From an uncultured Gemmatimonadales bacterium (GTDB taxonomy: Bacteria > Gemmatimonadota > Gemmatimonadetes > Gemmatimonadales > JACORV01), in the NCBI GenBank assembly GCA_963812035.1, contig CAWETG010000010.1, positions 180,975 to 244,974 on the forward strand: a stretch of 64,000 nucleotides of DNA, given 5' to 3'. Positions within the stretch are counted from its first letter, which is position 1, and every line of letters begins with the position of its first letter. The notes under the pieces are model-generated. The model did no database searches. It was not told the DNA's origin and worked only from the letters and a program-made list of their open reading frames with translations. Positions 35,614 through 44,411 of this stretch are shown here, piece by piece. Both the position numbers and the translations under genes were made by a program.

Positions 35614-37491
35614 ATGACGCTCGCCGATCTGCCCGTTCTCAATCCGTCCACGCCCGGCCGCGAGGCCCGGCGCGCCGTACTGGTCGCCATCCTGTTCGCC
35701 GTGTTCGGCGCGCTGTACGCCCTGGCACGGGCGGCGGCGGCCGCGCCCCCCGACCTGTCGGCCTCGACCGGCGACGTGTTTGGGTTCGCCTACCCCCGCG
35801 GCTGGGGGCTGGCGGTCGCGCTCTGGTCGGGCGCCGCACGGTGGCCTTCGAGCCTCGCCAACGCCGAGACGTTCCTCGCCGTCACCGCGACGGTCATCAT
35901 GGCGATCGCGCTGATCGTGGTGATGCACCCCGACATCCTGGTTCGCCAGGGCCCGCAGTACGTCTCGCCGGCGCGCCGCATCACGACCGTGGTCGTGGCG
36001 TTCGTGCTGGCGTTCGTGATGTACCGCCTGGTGATCGCGTTCGACAACCTGTTCTCGTTCGACACGCTCGCCTCGAACCCGGACCGGGCGCGTCGCGAGC
36101 TGGTCGGGCTCGGTGCCCTCAGCGCGATCCTGTTCGGCGGCATCTGGTCGTTCATCGGCCCCAAGGACTTCGGCCGGCGCATCCCGCTCCGGATCTCGCA
36201 CGGGGCACTGGGCGGGATCGCGGTGTGGGGCGCAGTGGCGCTGGCGACGCTGCTCTCCAGCCAGGCGCGCGGCTTCCTCTCCAGCACGCTGGATACCTTC
36301 TACACGCTGTTCACTGTGGACGCCGCCAATGGGACACCCGGCGCGACGGCCGGCTGGGCCGTGTCGTCGGACGTGCTCACCGCGGCGACGGCGATGGCGC
36401 TGGCGGGCTCGCTCCTCATCGTGACCGCCCCGCAATCCCTCGGCCCGGGCAACCGCCGCGGCAGCGCCATCGTCTCCGGCGTGATCGCGTTGTTCCTGGT
36501 CGTCGTCGCGGCCACGACCTGGAGCACCACCCAGGCGCGCGCGCGCGAAGTCAACGTGAACGTGGTGGCGGAGTTGCAGCTCGACCGCACCGCCCCGGCC
36601 CGGACCCCTGTGCTCCTCGCCGGCCAGAACCTCCCCGCGTCGCGCCGCTTCATCGCCCGGCCGTTGCTCGGGCCCACGTCGACGGCGGATGATTGCCTCC
36701 ACCCGGGCGCCGACAACCGGGCGCTGCCGGCCCGAACCGAGAACAACGTCCAGAAGCTGACGATGTGGCTGCAGACGCACCCGGACATCGTCAACGGCAT
36801 GGCGATCCGCGCAGCGAGCTGCCGCGCGGCCCTCCAAGCCCTGCTGTGGGAACCGGACTCCGCCCGGGCCGGCATCTTCCTGAGCCGCCATCCGGAGCGC
36901 ATCGGCGCCCTGACCTACTTGTACGCCATGTCGGGCATCGGCACCCCGGCGCCTGCCTTCCTGCGCCGGATGATCGCGGCGCTGGGCGACACCACGCGCT
37001 TCCAGCACGGCGTCGAGGCCGCGAAGCGCTTCGTGCAGCTGGCCCGGCTGGCCGGCGACACGGCTGCGGAGTCAGCCTGGCAGCAACGCATGCTGACGCC
37101 GGCCACGCCCCAGGAGATGGCGACGCTTCGCTCCCGGCCCGCGTACGTGGACGGCGTGGTGAGCGGTCGCGTCGCGACCAGCACACCCGGGTGGCGGATC
37201 GCCCTGCTGATCGCCGACGAGCCGGGCGCCGGCAGCGATCCGACGGTGCAGGCCCCGCGCTCCGAAGGCGCCGTGCTCTCGTCGATGGTGACAGCGGCTG
37301 ACGTCGGTCCCGATGGCCGGTTCAGCTTCACCGGCCTGCGCGACGGCTACTACCAGCTTGCCCTGCTCTCGCCGAACGGCGCTGGGGTCGGGCAGCTGAC
37401 CAAGCTGGCCGTAAAGAACGATCCGGGCGTGTTCCAGCTCGCGCCGGCCAAGAAGATCAAGGATGTGGGGACGATCAGCCTGACGTACTAG
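35614..37491 (+). CDS. Hypothetical polytopic membrane protein with large extracytoplasmic C-terminal region
   Basis: GGAG RBS; about 7-8 hydrophobic helices in the first 300 aa; C-terminal GPDGRFSFTGLRDGYYQL resembles a carboxypeptidase regulatory-like beta domain. Confidence 0.75.
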   Translation: MTLADLPVLNPSTPGREARRAVLVAILFAVFGALYALARAAAAAPPDLSASTGDVFGFAYPRGWGLAVALWSGAARWPSSLANAETFLAVTATVIMAIALIVVMHPDILVRQGPQYVSPARRITTVVVAFVLAFVMYRLVIAFDNLFSFDTLASNPDRARRELVGLGALSAILFGGIWSFIGPKDFGRRIPLRISHGALGGIAVWGAVALATLLSSQARGFLSSTLDTFYTLFTVDAANGTPGATAGWAVSSDVLTAATAMALAGSLLIVTAPQSLGPGNRRGSAIVSGVIALFLVVVAATTWSTTQARAREVNVNVVAELQLDRTAPARTPVLLAGQNLPASRRFIARPLLGPTSTADDCLHPGADNRALPARTENNVQKLTMWLQTHPDIVNGMAIRAASCRAALQALLWEPDSARAGIFLSRHPERIGALTYLYAMSGIGTPAPAFLRRMIAALGDTTRFQHGVEAAKRFVQLARLAGDTAAESAWQQRMLTPATPQEMATLRSRPAYVDGVVSGRVATSTPGWRIALLIADEPGAGSDPTVQAPRSEGAVLSSMVTAADVGPDGRFSFTGLRDGYYQLALLSPNGAGVGQLTKLAVKNDPGVFQLAPAKKIKDVGTISLTY

Positions 37492-37500
37492 GACGTTGGA

Positions 37501-37611
37501 GTTGACGAGAAGGTGATGAAGGTGATGGGGTGATGATGCGATGAGGTGATGGGTGACCATCATCACATCCTCACTTCATCACCTTCATCACTTCATCACC
37601 TCCCCGTCGAC
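37501..37611. repeat. Imperfect palindrome of GGTGATGA(A) 8-9-mer units
   Basis: gttgacgagaaggtgatgaaggtgatggggtgatgatgcgatgaggtgatg pairs with catcacatcctcacttcatcaccttcatcacttcatcacctccccgtcgac. Confidence 0.85.
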
Positions 37612-37618
37612 TCGGCTG

Positions 37619-37643
37619 TGCAACTTCGTCCCCTTCATTCGTC
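37619..37643 (+). promoter_or_regulatory. Candidate ECF sigma promoter
   Basis: TGCAAC-N15-CGTC, similar to ECF AAC/CGT promoters, directly upstream of the VIT-sigma-anti-sigma operon. Confidence 0.45.
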
Positions 37644-37675
37644 TCCCGTGCAGACCTCAAACCGGGAGACGTCCC

Positions 37676-39904
37676 ATGTTCCGTTGTCTGGCACTCACCG
37701 CAGCGCTGGCGTCATTGTCCGCCGGCGGGCTCGAGGCCCAGGGCTGGATCCAGATCGAGCGACCGGTCCGCATCGGGCCGCCCGCCTCCGTCGTGCGGGT
37801 CAGCTCTACCGTGCGGACCGTGGTCGACGGCCGGGTGGCACGGGTGGAGGTGGAGGAGCAGTTCCGCAACGCGGGCGCCGGGCTGGGCGAAGGCAGCTAC
37901 CTGTATCCGCTGCCGGGCGAGGCCGTCTTTACGGACTTCTCCCTGTGGATGGGGGAGAGCCAGGTGCGCGGCGAAATGATGAACGCCGGGCAGGCGCGGG
38001 GCATCTATGAGGACATTGTGCGGCGGCTGAGGGACCCCGCCCTGCTGACGCTCGAGGGTCACGGCCTCATCCGCGCGCGGATCTTCCCGCTCCAGCCGGG
38101 CGAGACGAGGAAGGTGGTGCTCCGCTACACCCAGGTGCTGCAGCGGGCCGGAGACGCCGTGCGCCTTCGCTACTCCATTGGCGACCGGCCGGTAACCGCC
38201 GGGCGCGGTTACCTGGATCAGTCAGCGCCCTCGCCGACGGACGCATTCCGGTACACCGTCACGGTGCCTGGCGCGGATGCCTACGGCACCCCGTACTCGC
38301 CGACCCACCGCGTCACGACCCGGCGCGTGGGCGATGGGATGGAGATCACGCTCGAGCCCGACGCCTCGGGCGACGTCGAGATTTTCATCCCGCTGCGCCG
38401 CGGCCTCGTGGGCACCAGCGTCGTGACCAACGCCCCTGGCGGCGAGGACGGCTATTTCATGCTGCTGGTCGCTCCGCCGACCGAGCAGGAGGGGCCGAGT
38501 GTCCCACGCGACCTCACGCTGGTGCTCGACGTCTCCGGCTCGATGTCAGGCGACAAGATCGACCAGGCCAAGGCGGCACTTCGGCAGGCTCTCGCGACGC
38601 TGCGGGGGGCCGACCGCTTCCGCCTGGTGGCCTTCTCCACTCGCGTCGTCAACTTCCGCGACGGCCTCACGCCGGCCACGACCGACAACCTGGACGCGGC
38701 GCGCGCCTTCCTCGACGGCCTCACGGCCGACGGCGGCACCAACATCGCGGCCGCCCTCGACGCGGTGCTCGGAACCGCCCCCGAGCAGGGGCGGCTTCCC
38801 ATCGTCGTCTTCGTCACCGACGGTCTTCCCACGGTGGGAGAGCAATCGCCCGAGCGGATCGCGGCTCTCGCGGCCGCGAAGATCGGCCCGGCGCGCATGT
38901 TCACCGTCGGCGTCGGGTTCGACGTCAACACGTACCTGCTCGACCGGCTCGCCGTGGAAGGCCGCGGCAGCTCCGAGTACGTGGCGCCGAACGCCAACAT
39001 CGAGACGGCGATGAGCGCGGTGCTGGGCAAGATCCAGCATCCGGCCCTCGTGAACCTGCGGATCGCCGCAGCGCCGGTGTCGCTCGCGCAAACCTATCCG
39101 GCGCAGCTCCCCGACCTCTTCTACGGCGAGGAGCTGGTGGTGTTCGGCCGGTACAGCGGCACGGGCGCGGGGCCGGTGGTGGTGACGGGCGAGCGGAACG
39201 GCCGCACCGAGCGGTTCACGGCCGATGCGGCGTTTCCCGCCACCGCGACTGAGAACGATTTCGTGCCGAAACTGTGGGCCTCGCGCCGGATCGGCGACCT
39301 TACGCGCCAGATCCGGCTCGAGGGCGCGGCGCCGAGCCTGGTCGAGGAGGTGCGCACGCTCGGGCTCCGCTACGGCATTCTGACGGAGTACACCTCCTAC
39401 CTGGTGCAGGAGCCGAGGACCGCCTGGAATCAGCCGGCGGCGATGCCGGCATCGGGGATGCTGCGGGGCGGGGCCGGCGCGGCGGCGCTGCAGACCGGAC
39501 GCGACGCGATCGCCAATGCGAAGGCGAGTGCGGCGCTGGGCGGTGTGTCCACGCTCTCGGCCGCCGATCACGTCGCGGGCGCGCGGGCAAGCGAGCTGGC
39601 GGAAACGGCGGCTCCGGGGGCGGCGACCGTGCGCCGGGTCGGCGGCCGGCTGTTCGTCCGGACCGACAGCGTCTGGACGGATGCCTCCCAGCGGGACAGC
39701 TTGAAGGTCGTGGAGGTCGCCCCGTACAGCGACGCCTACTTCGCCCTGGTGCGCGCGCTGCCGGAACTCGCGCCGTACCTCGCAGTGGGCGACCAGGTGG
39801 TCGTGGCGGGGCGGCGCGCGAGTGTGAAGATCGCCGGCGCCGGCCTCACCTCCTGGCAGCCCGGCCACCTGGAGGCGCTGGTGCGCGCGTTCAGGGGAGT
39901 CTAG
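37676..39904 (+). CDS. Exported VIT + vWA domain protein (inter-alpha-trypsin inhibitor heavy-chain-like)
   Basis: Signal peptide; VIT domain (EQFRN...YEDIVRRLRDPALL); vWA MIDAS DVSGSM, GGTNI, VTDGLPTVG; C-terminal YGILTEYTSYLV. Confidence 0.9.
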   Translation: MFRCLALTAALASLSAGGLEAQGWIQIERPVRIGPPASVVRVSSTVRTVVDGRVARVEVEEQFRNAGAGLGEGSYLYPLPGEAVFTDFSLWMGESQVRGEMMNAGQARGIYEDIVRRLRDPALLTLEGHGLIRARIFPLQPGETRKVVLRYTQVLQRAGDAVRLRYSIGDRPVTAGRGYLDQSAPSPTDAFRYTVTVPGADAYGTPYSPTHRVTTRRVGDGMEITLEPDASGDVEIFIPLRRGLVGTSVVTNAPGGEDGYFMLLVAPPTEQEGPSVPRDLTLVLDVSGSMSGDKIDQAKAALRQALATLRGADRFRLVAFSTRVVNFRDGLTPATTDNLDAARAFLDGLTADGGTNIAAALDAVLGTAPEQGRLPIVVFVTDGLPTVGEQSPERIAALAAAKIGPARMFTVGVGFDVNTYLLDRLAVEGRGSSEYVAPNANIETAMSAVLGKIQHPALVNLRIAAAPVSLAQTYPAQLPDLFYGEELVVFGRYSGTGAGPVVVTGERNGRTERFTADAAFPATATENDFVPKLWASRRIGDLTRQIRLEGAAPSLVEEVRTLGLRYGILTEYTSYLVQEPRTAWNQPAAMPASGMLRGGAGAAALQTGRDAIANAKASAALGGVSTLSAADHVAGARASELAETAAPGAATVRRVGGRLFVRTDSVWTDASQRDSLKVVEVAPYSDAYFALVRALPELAPYLAVGDQVVVAGRRASVKIAGAGLTSWQPGHLEALVRAFRGV

Positions 39905-39935
39905 CGGTCACGCCTGGCGGACGGAGACAACTGCG

Positions 39936-40436
39936 ACGACCGACGCGGCTGAGCTGTACAACCGGTATCACGACTCGCTCGTCCGGCTGCTGTGGCGCCG
40001 GACGGGCGATCGTGACCGCGCCGAGGACCTGGCACAGGAGGTGTTCGTCCGCGCCCTGGAGACGCCGCCCGCGAACCCCAGGCCATGGCTGTTCGCGGTA
40101 GCGCTGAACCTGGCGCGCGACGATGGACGGCGCGCGGTGCGGCAGGGGCGGACGCTGGCCTTGCTGGGCGGCGAGGCTGGCGACCATGCGGCGCCTTCCG
40201 CCGATGCCGCGATCGAGGCAGCCGAACGAACCGATGCCGTGCGGGCTGCGCTGGCGATGCTGACCGAGCAGGACCGGGCAGCGTTGCTGCTGAAGGCGGA
40301 GGGTTTCAACTACGGCGAGATCGCGGCGGCGCTGGGGCTGGCCAGGGGAGCGGTCGGGACCACGCTGGCGCGCGCGCGGAAGCGGCTGGTGGAGGCGTTC
40401 CGCGAGCAAGGACAGGTGAACCATGTCGCACGTTGA
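39936..40436 (+). CDS. ECF RNA polymerase sigma factor; apparent ACG start
   Basis: Region 2 LYNRYHDSLVRLLWRRTGDRDRAEDLAQEVF begins upstream of the first GTG (40041); region 4 YGEIAAALGLARGAVGTTLARAR. GGAGA lies 8 nt before the in-frame ACG at 39936. Confidence 0.85.
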   Translation, partial: TTDAAELYNRYHDSLVRLLWRRTGDRDRAEDLAQEVFVRALETPPANPRPWLFAVALNLARDDGRRAVRQGRTLALLGGEAGDHAAPSADAAIEAAERTDAVRAALAMLTEQDRAALLLKAEGFNYGEIAAALGLARGAVGTTLARARKRLVEAFREQGQVNHVAR

Positions 40437-41742
40437 CGACGGGAAGCTGAACGCGCTGCTGGACGGCGAGCTGGAGACCGCAGAGGCGGCCGCGGTCGAG
40501 GCTCACATCGCGGGTTGCGCCGAGTGCGCGAAGCGCCTCGCGGAGGCGAAGCACTTTCTGACAGAGGCCGCCGATCTGCTTGGCGCGCTGGAGCTGCCCA
40601 AGCAGGCCACAGGGCCGGAGGCGCAGCCCAGGCGCGTATCCAAGACCGCCAAGGAGGTCGCGCTCGATCTGGACGGGGCGACCCAGCAGAGCCCCGCCGT
40701 TGGCGCCGACGTGCCTGAGCGGCTGTTCCACCGTGGACCGCGCGCCCAGCCTGAGCGCCGTGGTTTCGACTACACGTCCATCGGGTGGGCTGCGACCATC
40801 GTTCTGGCGATTGGCGCAGGGTACATCGCCAACGAAGTGCGCCACGCCCGCGACCGGGGGGCACCGGCCGAGGGGAGTGCCACCGGCCAACGGGCGCCGG
40901 CGACGACCATCGGGGCGGGCGAGCCTGCGCCCCAGAAGACGGCACCCCTCTCGCGGACCCGGGAGAGCGGTCCGGGCGCTGCCGGCGGGCACCAGCTGGC
41001 GGCGGCCGCAACGCCGCATGGGCCGCCGGCTGCCAAGGCCCCGCCCGGGAAGGGGAAACCAGTCGTAGCGGGCCGGTCGGCTACGGGCCTCGGCCACAAG
41101 CGGCTCGAGCCGCCGGCCCGGAGCGTGGCCGGCGTTCGCGCCGCGCCGGTGAGGCCCACCGAGACTGCCGCTGCGCTGACGGCAGCGCCCGCCGCGGCGG
41201 GCGCTCCGACCCGGCCGCAGCCAAGCGCCCCCGAGGCGCGCCGTCCCCAGCCGGCGGCCGAGGTCGAGGGTGCGGCTGCGCTGCAGTCCGCCGGCGGCGC
41301 CGCGCCGCGCGGTGCCGCGGCAAGGCTGGCCACCTTGCCCGAGGCGTTCCGTCACGCGTCGCTGGAGCAGGCAGTCACCAGCCTCCGGGGCACGATCCGG
41401 CTGATTGACGGGATGCACAGCGACCACGTCGAAATCGGTCCGGGGCGCGACGTCGCCGGAGCCGACAGCGGCCGCGAGGTGGTGCGCGTCGTGTACGGAA
41501 CTGTGGGGCACGAGCTGGTGCTCGACCAGCAGCGCACTGTGGCTCCGGAGCGCGCGCTCGCCGAGGAGCGCGCGGACTCGCAGCCGTCACCTGTGGGGAT
41601 GGGATTCGGCGACACACTGCTGACGACCGCACCGGATGGGCAGCGCCGGCTGCGCTGGCTGGATCGCACCGGCTTCTGGCTCTCACTGACCGGCCGCATC
41701 CCGGCCGACTCCCTCAGGCAGCTCGCCGAGCGGGTCCGGTAG
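40423..41742 (+). CDS. Zinc-finger (ZAS/zf-HC2) anti-sigma factor
   Basis: H..DG.L..LLDGEL...HIAGCAEC motif, TM WAATIVLAIGAGYI, long Ala/Pro linker, C-terminal LRWLD...L.LTG domain. Confidence 0.85.
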   Translation: MSHVDDGKLNALLDGELETAEAAAVEAHIAGCAECAKRLAEAKHFLTEAADLLGALELPKQATGPEAQPRRVSKTAKEVALDLDGATQQSPAVGADVPERLFHRGPRAQPERRGFDYTSIGWAATIVLAIGAGYIANEVRHARDRGAPAEGSATGQRAPATTIGAGEPAPQKTAPLSRTRESGPGAAGGHQLAAAATPHGPPAAKAPPGKGKPVVAGRSATGLGHKRLEPPARSVAGVRAAPVRPTETAAALTAAPAAAGAPTRPQPSAPEARRPQPAAEVEGAAALQSAGGAAPRGAAARLATLPEAFRHASLEQAVTSLRGTIRLIDGMHSDHVEIGPGRDVAGADSGREVVRVVYGTVGHELVLDQQRTVAPERALAEERADSQPSPVGMGFGDTLLTTAPDGQRRLRWLDRTGFWLSLTGRIPADSLRQLAERVR

Positions 41743-41750
41743 CGGCCCAT

Positions 41751-41793
41751 AGCACCAGCGCCCGGCGGATTGGCTCCGCCGGGCGCTGGTGCT
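41751..41793. terminator. Perfect 19-bp hairpin between convergent genes
   Basis: AGCACCAGCGCCCGGCGGA-ttggc-TCCGCCGGGCGCTGGTGCT; no clear U-tract on either side. Confidence 0.7.
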
Positions 41794-41832
41794 CTCACCG
41801 AATGCAGCCTGCTGCGCGGGCTCGGCGCCGGC

Positions 41833-43032
41833 TCACGTGCCCTCCACGAACTCCCCGCTGGCGATGCCGCGCTGCAGGAGACCGAACTCCTCGGTGCGGT
41901 CCGCCGTCCCCAGGTTCACCAGCACCGCGCCCATCAGCTTGTGGTCGCGCACGTAGATCGCCGTGAAGTTCGGTGCGGCGAGATCGGTGCTCCCCTTGAT
42001 CTGGACCGCGTCCGGCCTGTCGGTGTCCCCCAACACGTTGATCGTCACGTCGAACAGGTCGGAAAAGAACGCCGATTGGTGCGTGTAAGGCTCTTCGGCG
42101 CCAGCCATGTTGCGCCCCGCCTGCTTACCCTGCATCAGCGCATTGTCCCAGTGCTCCAGGCGCCGCGGCTGCCGCGTATTCGGGTCGGGGAATCGCGCCA
42201 CGTCGCCTGCGGCCCACACGTTCGGCGCGTTGGTCTCGAGCCGCACGTTCACTACCAGGCCGCCCCGGTCGATCCCGAAACCCGAGCTCGCCAGCCAGCC
42301 GGTGTTGGGCTCCGCGCCCACCCCAGCCACGACGACCTCCGCCGGGTACTGCTCGTCGATCTCGGTCGCGATCCCGGCGAGCTTGCCGGCCATCGTCTTG
42401 ATGCGGGCCACGCGCACGCCGGTCCTGACCCTGATGCCGTGGCTCTCCAGCATCCGCTGGAAGAAGTCGGCGAGCTGTGGATCGGCGAACCGGCCGTACA
42501 CCTGCGGGCCCACCTCGAGCACGGTGACCTCGGCGCCCAGACCGCGGGCCGTGGCCGCGACCTCCATGCCGATGAAGCTCCCGCCGACGATCACCACCTT
42601 GACGCCCGGCTTCAGCGCCGCCTTGAGCGCGGTGCTTTCGGCCATGGTCCGGAGCAGGAAGACCCCCGGGGTGTCGGCGCCGGGCACCGGGAGCGGCCGC
42701 GCGTGAGAGCCGGTCGCGAGCAGCAGCTTGTCGTACTCCAGCCGCTCGCCACTGGCCAACGTCACCGACCGCTTCTTCATGTGGACCGACTTGGCCTCAA
42801 CGCCGAGCCGGTAGCGGACCCGATTGTCACGGTACCACAGGGCGTCGTGGATGCGCACCGCCTCGAACTGGTCGCGCCCGGCGAGGTAGCCCTTGGAGAG
42901 TGGCGGACGATGGTAAGGCAGCTCGCGCTCCGCACTGACGACGGTGATCTCGCCGTCCTTGTCCAGGTCGCGGATCCCCTCGATGGCGCTGGCGGCCGCA
43001 AGGCCACCGCCCACAATGACGTACCGGCTCAT
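41833..43032 (-). CDS. FAD/NAD(P)H-dependent ferredoxin reductase-like oxidoreductase
   Basis: IVGGGLAA, PYHRPPLSK, LLATGS, GGSFIGME, WAAGDVA, RLEHWDNA, FFSD. Confidence 0.9.
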   Translation of the reverse strand: MSRYVIVGGGLAAASAIEGIRDLDKDGEITVVSAERELPYHRPPLSKGYLAGRDQFEAVRIHDALWYRDNRVRYRLGVEAKSVHMKKRSVTLASGERLEYDKLLLATGSHARPLPVPGADTPGVFLLRTMAESTALKAALKPGVKVVIVGGSFIGMEVAATARGLGAEVTVLEVGPQVYGRFADPQLADFFQRMLESHGIRVRTGVRVARIKTMAGKLAGIATEIDEQYPAEVVVAGVGAEPNTGWLASSGFGIDRGGLVVNVRLETNAPNVWAAGDVARFPDPNTRQPRRLEHWDNALMQGKQAGRNMAGAEEPYTHQSAFFSDLFDVTINVLGDTDRPDAVQIKGSTDLAAPNFTAIYVRDHKLMGAVLVNLGTADRTEEFGLLQRGIASGEFVEGT

Positions 43033-43066
43033 GGCTGACAACGCTACTCCCTAAAAGGGGCGACGG

Positions 43067-44365
43067 CTAGTGATGCCCCACGCCTTCCCGCTCCATCTTC
43101 TCGAGCAGCCGCGGTGAGACGATCGGGAAGGTGCCGGCAAACCAGGCGTGGCACAGCCCCCACAGACCGGCGAAGCCGGCCGTGACGAGCAGCTCGGGCC
43201 AGCCGAGCGGGGCGCGCGGCGCGGTCTGCATGATGGACGGCATGACGAACACCCAGCGATCCAGCCACAGCCCCACCAGCGAGATGACGGCGAAGGTGCC
43301 GAGGATCGCCGGGGTCTGCTTCGGTTTGACGCCCATCAGTCCCCAGAACGGCAGCACGAACACCAGCACGACCATGAGGATGCCGACCGGCCGCCACGGC
43401 TCCGCGGCGATGCGGAGCATCATCGCGCTCGTCTCCTCGGGCTGGTTGCCGTACCAGATGACGATGAACTGCGAGAAGAACAGGTACATCCAGAACACGG
43501 TGAAGGCGAAGCAAAGCTTGCCGAGGTCGTGCAGCGTCTTCGGCGTGATGAGGTCGTCGAGGCCGTAGTGTCGGCGCCAGAAGATGGTGGTCAGCGCCAG
43601 CGCCATCAGGCCCATCAGCCACGCGGCCATGAAGAAGTAGGCGCCCAGCAGGTTGGAGAGCCAGTGCGGGGCGAGCGACATGATGAAGTCGAACCCGATG
43701 AGGCTCATCACCAGGGCGTAGACCACGACCAGGCCGGCGGCCAGGCGCGACAGCCGCTGCTCGGAGAACGCCAGCTGCGCCACCTCGCCACCGTCGCCCC
43801 ACCCCTTCGCCAGCCAGGCGCAGAGCCGGCTCACCCGGGCCGGCGCGGCGGCCTGAAGGAGCGCGACGTCCGGCCGCAGCGAGTGGTACACGAACCAGAA
43901 GCTCAGCGCGTACATCACCACCAGCCCGGCGCCCACGCGCGCGAACACGAACCAGTCGCGCAGCCAGAACCCCTTAGGCCACTCCTCGGCCGGCGCCGCG
44001 ATCCACGGGAAGATGTGCACCCGGCCGAGCCACAGGACGAGAAACAGCACGAACGAGATGGGCAGGAAGGCCGCCGACGCCTCCGCGATCCGGCGCAGCG
44101 GGTGGCTCCACCGGGCGCCGGAGATGATCTGCGAGGCGGCGAACAGCACGCCGGCCTGCGACAGGCCGGTCCAGAAGAGCCAGTTGACGAAATAGGCCCG
44201 CCACGCGCGCGCCGAGCCGGCGCCCGCCACGAGCAGGAGGAAGCTCGCCGTGCCGAGGATCGCCAGCGCGCCGGTGAGCGGCACGACCCACGCCGGCACC
44301 GGCCGGCTCAGCTTGCGGAGCACCCCGTCCCGCAGCGCGTGGTCGGCCGTGACCTGGCTGCTCAC
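43067..44365 (-). CDS. actF: Alternative complex III membrane subunit ActF
   Basis: RRIAEA, DFIMSLAPHWLS, HDLGKL, YLFFSQFIVIWYGNQPEE. Confidence 0.88.
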   Translation of the reverse strand: MSSQVTADHALRDGVLRKLSRPVPAWVVPLTGALAILGTASFLLLVAGAGSARAWRAYFVNWLFWTGLSQAGVLFAASQIISGARWSHPLRRIAEASAAFLPISFVLFLVLWLGRVHIFPWIAAPAEEWPKGFWLRDWFVFARVGAGLVVMYALSFWFVYHSLRPDVALLQAAAPARVSRLCAWLAKGWGDGGEVAQLAFSEQRLSRLAAGLVVVYALVMSLIGFDFIMSLAPHWLSNLLGAYFFMAAWLMGLMALALTTIFWRRHYGLDDLITPKTLHDLGKLCFAFTVFWMYLFFSQFIVIWYGNQPEETSAMMLRIAAEPWRPVGILMVVLVFVLPFWGLMGVKPKQTPAILGTFAVISLVGLWLDRWVFVMPSIMQTAPRAPLGWPELLVTAGFAGLWGLCHAWFAGTFPIVSPRLLEKMEREGVGHH

Positions 44366-44411
44366 TGGACGCTGCCCACCACTGCGCGTCTACGCCTCCT
44401 GGCACTACCGA

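Noticed and set aside
37553-37675. His-rich N-terminal extension of the VIT protein (MTIITSSLHHLHHF...)
   Set aside because: This is translation of the palindromic repeat. The ATG at 37676 has an RBS and gives a proper signal peptide.
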